A DNA stretch of 64,000 nt, taken from positions 647,545-711,544 of the forward strand of contig JACJZV010000001.1 of assembly GCA_020635395.1 (NCBI GenBank). Reading direction: 5' to 3'. A program made the position numbers and the translations under genes. The stretch comes from Flavobacteriales bacterium (GTDB lineage Bacteria > Bacteroidota > Bacteroidia > NS11-12g > UBA9320). Positions 60,323 through 64,000 of the stretch are shown one piece after another. The notes under the pieces are model-generated. The model had not been told where the DNA came from and ran no database searches. It saw nothing but the letters and a program-made list of their open reading frames with translations. Positions within the stretch are counted from its first letter, which is position 1, and each line of letters opens with the position of its first letter.

Positions 60323-62967
60323 CGTGTGTTTTCTTTGCGTCGGCGGCTAAACGAAAGGCCAAACCCAACCAACATAACAATGGTGCCAAGCCATACTAAA
60401 TTGATGTATGGGAAAACAATGGCACGCATCAAAACATATCGTTGAGGTTTTACCCATGTTTGAAAACGGTGTACCATATTTCCGTTGTCATCTTCGCCGG
60501 GAGTATATTCAAATTTTACCCCTGCAAATTCGGCAAAGCTCGGTATTGGGTCACCTTTTCCGGTGGAGGAAATAACGAATGTGGGAGTGGCTATCACGGT
60601 GCTATCCATTTTGGTAACAGCCAACCGAGCAACGTATAATTCAAATCCTTTTAACGTTTTCAAACTTTCTACCGTATCGGCCAATACCTTTTTTACATCA
60701 ATCAGTTTTACCATAGATTGGTTGGAAAATATGGTATCGCCTTGCTGCAAGAAATATACAGAGTCTTCCAAAAATTCATTTTCATCAAAATCTGGAACTT
60801 GAATAAGATAGGTAAAAACATCGCGGGTCAAATAGTGCTTTGTGTCGGGGTTTGACGAAGCAATGCTTCCGTTTCTAAACTGAACATTTGGTTTTAGGCT
60901 AAATGATTTTTTGCGAAGCGTGTCGTAATAGTCAATGCGATAATAGTGGTCAGGTTCTATGGCCGTATCTTTGGCGTAGGTTACCAAATATTCCTGCATT
61001 TGGTGTGGTTGATTTTGAAAAAGGGCAATGGTTTCGCGGGTTTCTTGCTTGTTCATTTTATCTCCGTAGGTGTAGATTTGATTTTCGGAGATGACATTCT
61101 TTTTGGATGAGCTAACCAAAATACCCATCAACATCAATCCAAAACCAACGTGTGCCACCGAACTGCCTGATAGTTTCCATTTCCAACGAAGTGCTTTGGC
61201 CATAAAAATAATGTTGCCCACAATGGCAAAAGTGGCCGAGAAAAGGAAGATTAGATATGAGATATAATTCTTTAAATCAAACTCTTGTTTGTTGTAATGT
61301 AAATGAAAAATGAAAATAAAAATGGCCGTTACAAACAGCGAAATGGCAAACGTATAACCAGACCATTTTCCAAAATTTTTGCCGGTTGTTTTTTTATAAG
61401 TTAAAAACTGAACCAAGCCCGATAAAACGGCCATTATAATGGCAAACCAAATCTGAAAATTGTTAAAGTGGCTAATAATATCCAGCGGAGCATTAACGGT
61501 GCCTGCACCCATTTTTTCAAAAGTTTGCACGCCGGTAAGGTTGGCCAGCCATTTGAAAAATCCTCCAAATTGAGCGGTTATTTTATTAAAAACCGGAATG
61601 CTGGTGGTAAATAAAATTTGAACGGCAGAAAGAAACAAAATCAATGAACCGATAAACATCCAAAACTCTCGGCTGTAGCTGCTTTCGTCGTGTGGAGAAT
61701 GTGGCAAATTTTTAGAAAAATTTCGGGCAAACAATACACCGGAAGTTATTAAGAATACAAGATTTATTCCGGTAAAAAATTTGCCTGCCAAAATATTTAG
61801 AACCAATAAAGCAATTATTGTGGAGCCATAAATGATTTTTTCTTTTGATTTTTTGAATGAAAATAAAACAGGTAAAACCAAAAATAGAAGCACAAACACC
61901 AACAATTGTTGGGTTAGTCCCAAATCGGTAAAAGAGTGTACAGAGGAGTCGCCCAAAATGCCACTTCTTGTCAAAAAGGATGCGTAAAGCACCAAAATAA
62001 AAGCCCCCATAATCAGCACGTACGCCAAACCCAAAGAGTTTCCGGTGCTGCGGTTTATTACCATTACGTGCAGCCCGGCAATAAGCACAAGCCATGGAAT
62101 TAATGAGGCATTTTCCACCGGATCCCAAGCCCAATATCCACCAAAAGTCAAACTTTCGTATGCCCAAAATGCACCCATTATAATGCCTGCACCCAACACC
62201 AATCCCGAGAAAGAGGCCCACGGAAGTGCGGGCTTAACCCATTGTTTGTATTGTTTTGTCCATAATCCTGCAATGGCAAAAGCAAATGGCACCACGGTGC
62301 TGGCAAAACCTAAAAACAATGTGGGAGGGTGGATAACCATCCAATAGTTTTGCAGCAATGGGTTTAGGCTATTTCCGTCGGTAATTAAATGTAAATAATC
62401 AGCTTTGGCCAATCCAAACTGGTCAAGTTCGGGCATATAAATTACATCTGGATTTACTTCGCGAAGCAACTGAAACGGGCTGCTGCCAAACATAAAATCA
62501 TTCAAAACAGGTATTTCGATACCCAAAAGCATAGATGCTAAAACGGCTTGGCAGAGCATAATAACAGCCATTACAGGGCTTCGCCATTCCGATTTTTTAA
62601 AAGTAAGAGCGGCTCCCAATATGGCAGTCCAAAATAACCAAAGTAAAAAACTTCCTTCCTGACCGCTCCAAAAACTACTTATCATATACCGCAATGGCAG
62701 ATTGTTGCTCGAGTGCTGCCATGCGTAGTTGTATTCGTACAGATGGTTGTATATAATGTAAAATAGAGTACCCAAAATACCCACAACACTTATAAGGTGA
62801 AGGCCAAAAATGCCCTTTGCCAGAGCCACATCTTCCTTTTTTTTGTAATGAGTGTGCCAAGCAAACGCCATGGCTGCCAATAAAGCACTGATAAAGGAAA
62901 TGATTACGAAACTTCTTCCAAGATGGCCAATCCAAAGGTTTTCGTTGTTAAAAACAATAGTTTCCAT
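60319..62967 (-). CDS. ccmF: Cytochrome c-type biogenesis protein CcmF (long form)
   Basis: WWD domain (GGYWAWDPVENASLIPWL), multi-TM, 882 aa. Adjacent to ccmE/ccmD/ccmC. Confidence 0.7.
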   Translation of the reverse strand: METIVFNNENLWIGHLGRSFVIISFISALLAAMAFAWHTHYKKKEDVALAKGIFGLHLISVVGILGTLFYIIYNHLYEYNYAWQHSSNNLPLRYMISSFWSGQEGSFLLWLFWTAILGAALTFKKSEWRSPVMAVIMLCQAVLASMLLGIEIPVLNDFMFGSSPFQLLREVNPDVIYMPELDQFGLAKADYLHLITDGNSLNPLLQNYWMVIHPPTLFLGFASTVVPFAFAIAGLWTKQYKQWVKPALPWASFSGLVLGAGIIMGAFWAYESLTFGGYWAWDPVENASLIPWLVLIAGLHVMVINRSTGNSLGLAYVLIMGAFILVLYASFLTRSGILGDSSVHSFTDLGLTQQLLVFVLLFLVLPVLFSFKKSKEKIIYGSTIIALLVLNILAGKFFTGINLVFLITSGVLFARNFSKNLPHSPHDESSYSREFWMFIGSLILFLSAVQILFTTSIPVFNKITAQFGGFFKWLANLTGVQTFEKMGAGTVNAPLDIISHFNNFQIWFAIIMAVLSGLVQFLTYKKTTGKNFGKWSGYTFAISLFVTAIFIFIFHLHYNKQEFDLKNYISYLIFLFSATFAIVGNIIFMAKALRWKWKLSGSSVAHVGFGLMLMGILVSSSKKNVISENQIYTYGDKMNKQETRETIALFQNQPHQMQEYLVTYAKDTAIEPDHYYRIDYYDTLRKKSFSLKPNVQFRNGSIASSNPDTKHYLTRDVFTYLIQVPDFDENEFLEDSVYFLQQGDTIFSNQSMVKLIDVKKVLADTVESLKTLKGFELYVARLAVTKMDSTVIATPTFVISSTGKGDPIPSFAEFAGVKFEYTPGEDDNGNMVHRFQTWVKPQRYVLMRAIVFPYINLVWLGTIVMLVGFGLSFSRRRKENTR

Positions 62968-62976
62968 CCGGTAATT

Positions 62977-63411
62977 TTATATCTCAGTAAGCTCTTTTTC
63001 GTATTTGCTCGGACATTTCATTTGCATTCCGGTGGCAATAAACTCGTTGTTTTCGTCAAAATGTCCGGTTAGTTTCAATTCTTCCGATCGCTCGAAGCCT
63101 TGCGGTTTTTCTTTCAAACATGTTACTTTTCTTACCTCGCCGTTTTGGTCTTTAGCAAAAAAAGTAAATTTTTCTGGGTCAATCTTGGCATTATATTCAA
63201 TGGGTTGGTCTTTTACCAAAGTTGTTTTTACCGGAAAACTTTTGTTCGGGTGTTTTGATGCTTCTTTAAAAGAAACCACTTCGCTCGATTCTTTATAAGT
63301 CAGCAAAAAGGCCGAAAGCCCAATGGCGATAATTATCAATATAACGATTTGTTTATTTTTCATTTTCTTCTCGTTTTGAAACTTTTCTATCCAACATAAA
63401 AAGGTAAACAA
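62977..63411 (-). CDS. ccmE: Cytochrome c-type biogenesis protein CcmE, CxxxY-variant
   Basis: N-terminal TM anchor plus OB-fold. The C-terminal KCPSKY has Cys where the canonical haem-binding HxxxY has His. The start is probably the internal Met (MKNKQ) at about 63363. Confidence 0.6.
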   Translation of the reverse strand: MFTFLCWIEKFQNEKKMKNKQIVILIIIAIGLSAFLLTYKESSEVVSFKEASKHPNKSFPVKTTLVKDQPIEYNAKIDPEKFTFFAKDQNGEVRKVTCLKEKPQGFERSEELKLTGHFDENNEFIATGMQMKCPSKYEKELTEI

Positions 63412-63571
63412 TCAAAAACAGAAAAATGATTGATAAAACAGCGACTACCACGAAATATTTTCCATTGCTGAAAAAAACATCCTGACTTTGAGCAAATGTT
63501 TGAGTAGAGCTAATCAAAAGCAAAAACAAGCCAAAGGCCTTAACATATCTATTCATTGACGTATTTATCAA
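63353..63571 (-). CDS. ccmD: CcmD-like small membrane protein
   Basis: Single TM helix followed by a charged tail (DRKVSKREENEK). Positioned between ccmC and ccmE. Confidence 0.45.
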   Translation of the reverse strand: MINTSMNRYVKAFGLFLLLISSTQTFAQSQDVFFSNGKYFVVVAVLSIIFLFLIVYLFMLDRKVSKREENEK

Positions 63572-64000
63572 GTTGAAACTCTTTTTTGTGCTTTAGCCAA
63601 TCCACCCGGGCGGTGAGTTGACCAATCCAAGCAGCCACCAAAACCCAGCCTAATGATATTGGGTAAAACACTTTTCTCAAATTGTTGTCTAAATCATAGT
63701 CAGAAAAACCCGAATTGCCACCTGCATTGGGATGCAAAGAATCATCCGCCATAAATTTGGGCAAAAGCTGAATGAGTACAATAAACATAGGGAAGGCAAA
63801 AACGTTGTAAACCGCACTAATTCTGCCTGTTTTGTCGTCATCATCTATTGAACTACGCAACACCTGATAGGCAACATAAAGCAAAACACCTACTGCTGCA
63901 CCTTTCAGTTTGGGGTCGTTTGGCCAGGGTTCTCCCCACGTAAAATTGGCCCAAAACATTCCTGTAGAAACGCCCATAAGGCCAAATAGCAAAGCTGTTT
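63549..64000 (-). CDS. ccmC: Haem exporter protein CcmC (partial; the 5' end lies beyond the window edge)
   Basis: WWD motif FWANFTWGEPWPNDPK. The ORF runs off the window. Confidence 0.65.
   Translation of the reverse strand, partial: TALLFGLMGVSTGMFWANFTWGEPWPNDPKLKGAAVGVLLYVAYQVLRSSIDDDDKTGRISAVYNVFAFPMFIVLIQLLPKFMADDSLHPNAGGNSGFSDYDLDNNLRKVFYPISLGWVLVAAWIGQLTARVDWLKHKKEFQLDKYVNE

Noticed and set aside
60319-62967. System II CcsBA fusion instead of CcmF
   Set aside because: Adjacent genes encode CcmE-, CcmD- and CcmC-like proteins. The WWD motif (WAWDPVENASLIPWL) matches CcmF. A system I assignment is therefore preferred.

Overview
This is a low-GC chromosomal segment that looks Bacteroidetes-like. 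The evidence is T9SS C-terminal sorting domains, BshC, DUF4290/DUF4295/DUF4835 proteins, BamD, a system I Ccm cluster with a fused long CcmF, and the absence of Shine-Dalgarno spacing. Most of the window is a housekeeping backbone: ssb, murA, carA, hisS, rpmE, tpiA, rimO, ftsY, rpmG/rpmB, gyrB, ansA, pyrB/pyrR, rpsA, apt, grpE/dnaJ, coaBC, rpoZ, bamD and ccmCDEF. Two accessory regions interrupt it, and both have an integron-like or cassette-array-like architecture. (1) From 1 to about 2935, a class D (OXA-type) beta-lactamase and an OLD-family ATPase/Toprim nuclease sit co-directionally on the minus strand, each followed by a structured repeat. The array probably continues past the left edge of the window. 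(2) From about 41940 to 51885 there are 12 co-directional minus-strand ORFs of mostly unknown function. Many carry lipoprotein or signal peptides. One has a cysteine-rich CPCC domain, one has a PD-(D/E)xK-like motif, and two look like beta-propellers. Almost every ORF is followed by an imperfect structured repeat drawn from a few mosaic module families (A, B, C, V, W). One 150-bp element is about 98% identical between the two arrays, 44.7 kb apart. Both arrays are headed by the same roughly 65-bp conserved element placed immediately 5' of the first gene. No integrase or recombinase, tRNA, rRNA or CRISPR array is visible in the window. The cassette-like arrays are the most unusual content, resembling a CALIN (cluster of attC sites lacking integron-integrase) or a recombinase-associated immunity-gene array, with non-canonical attC-like sites. 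Coordinates of non-ORF elements are hand-read and may be off by a few bp.
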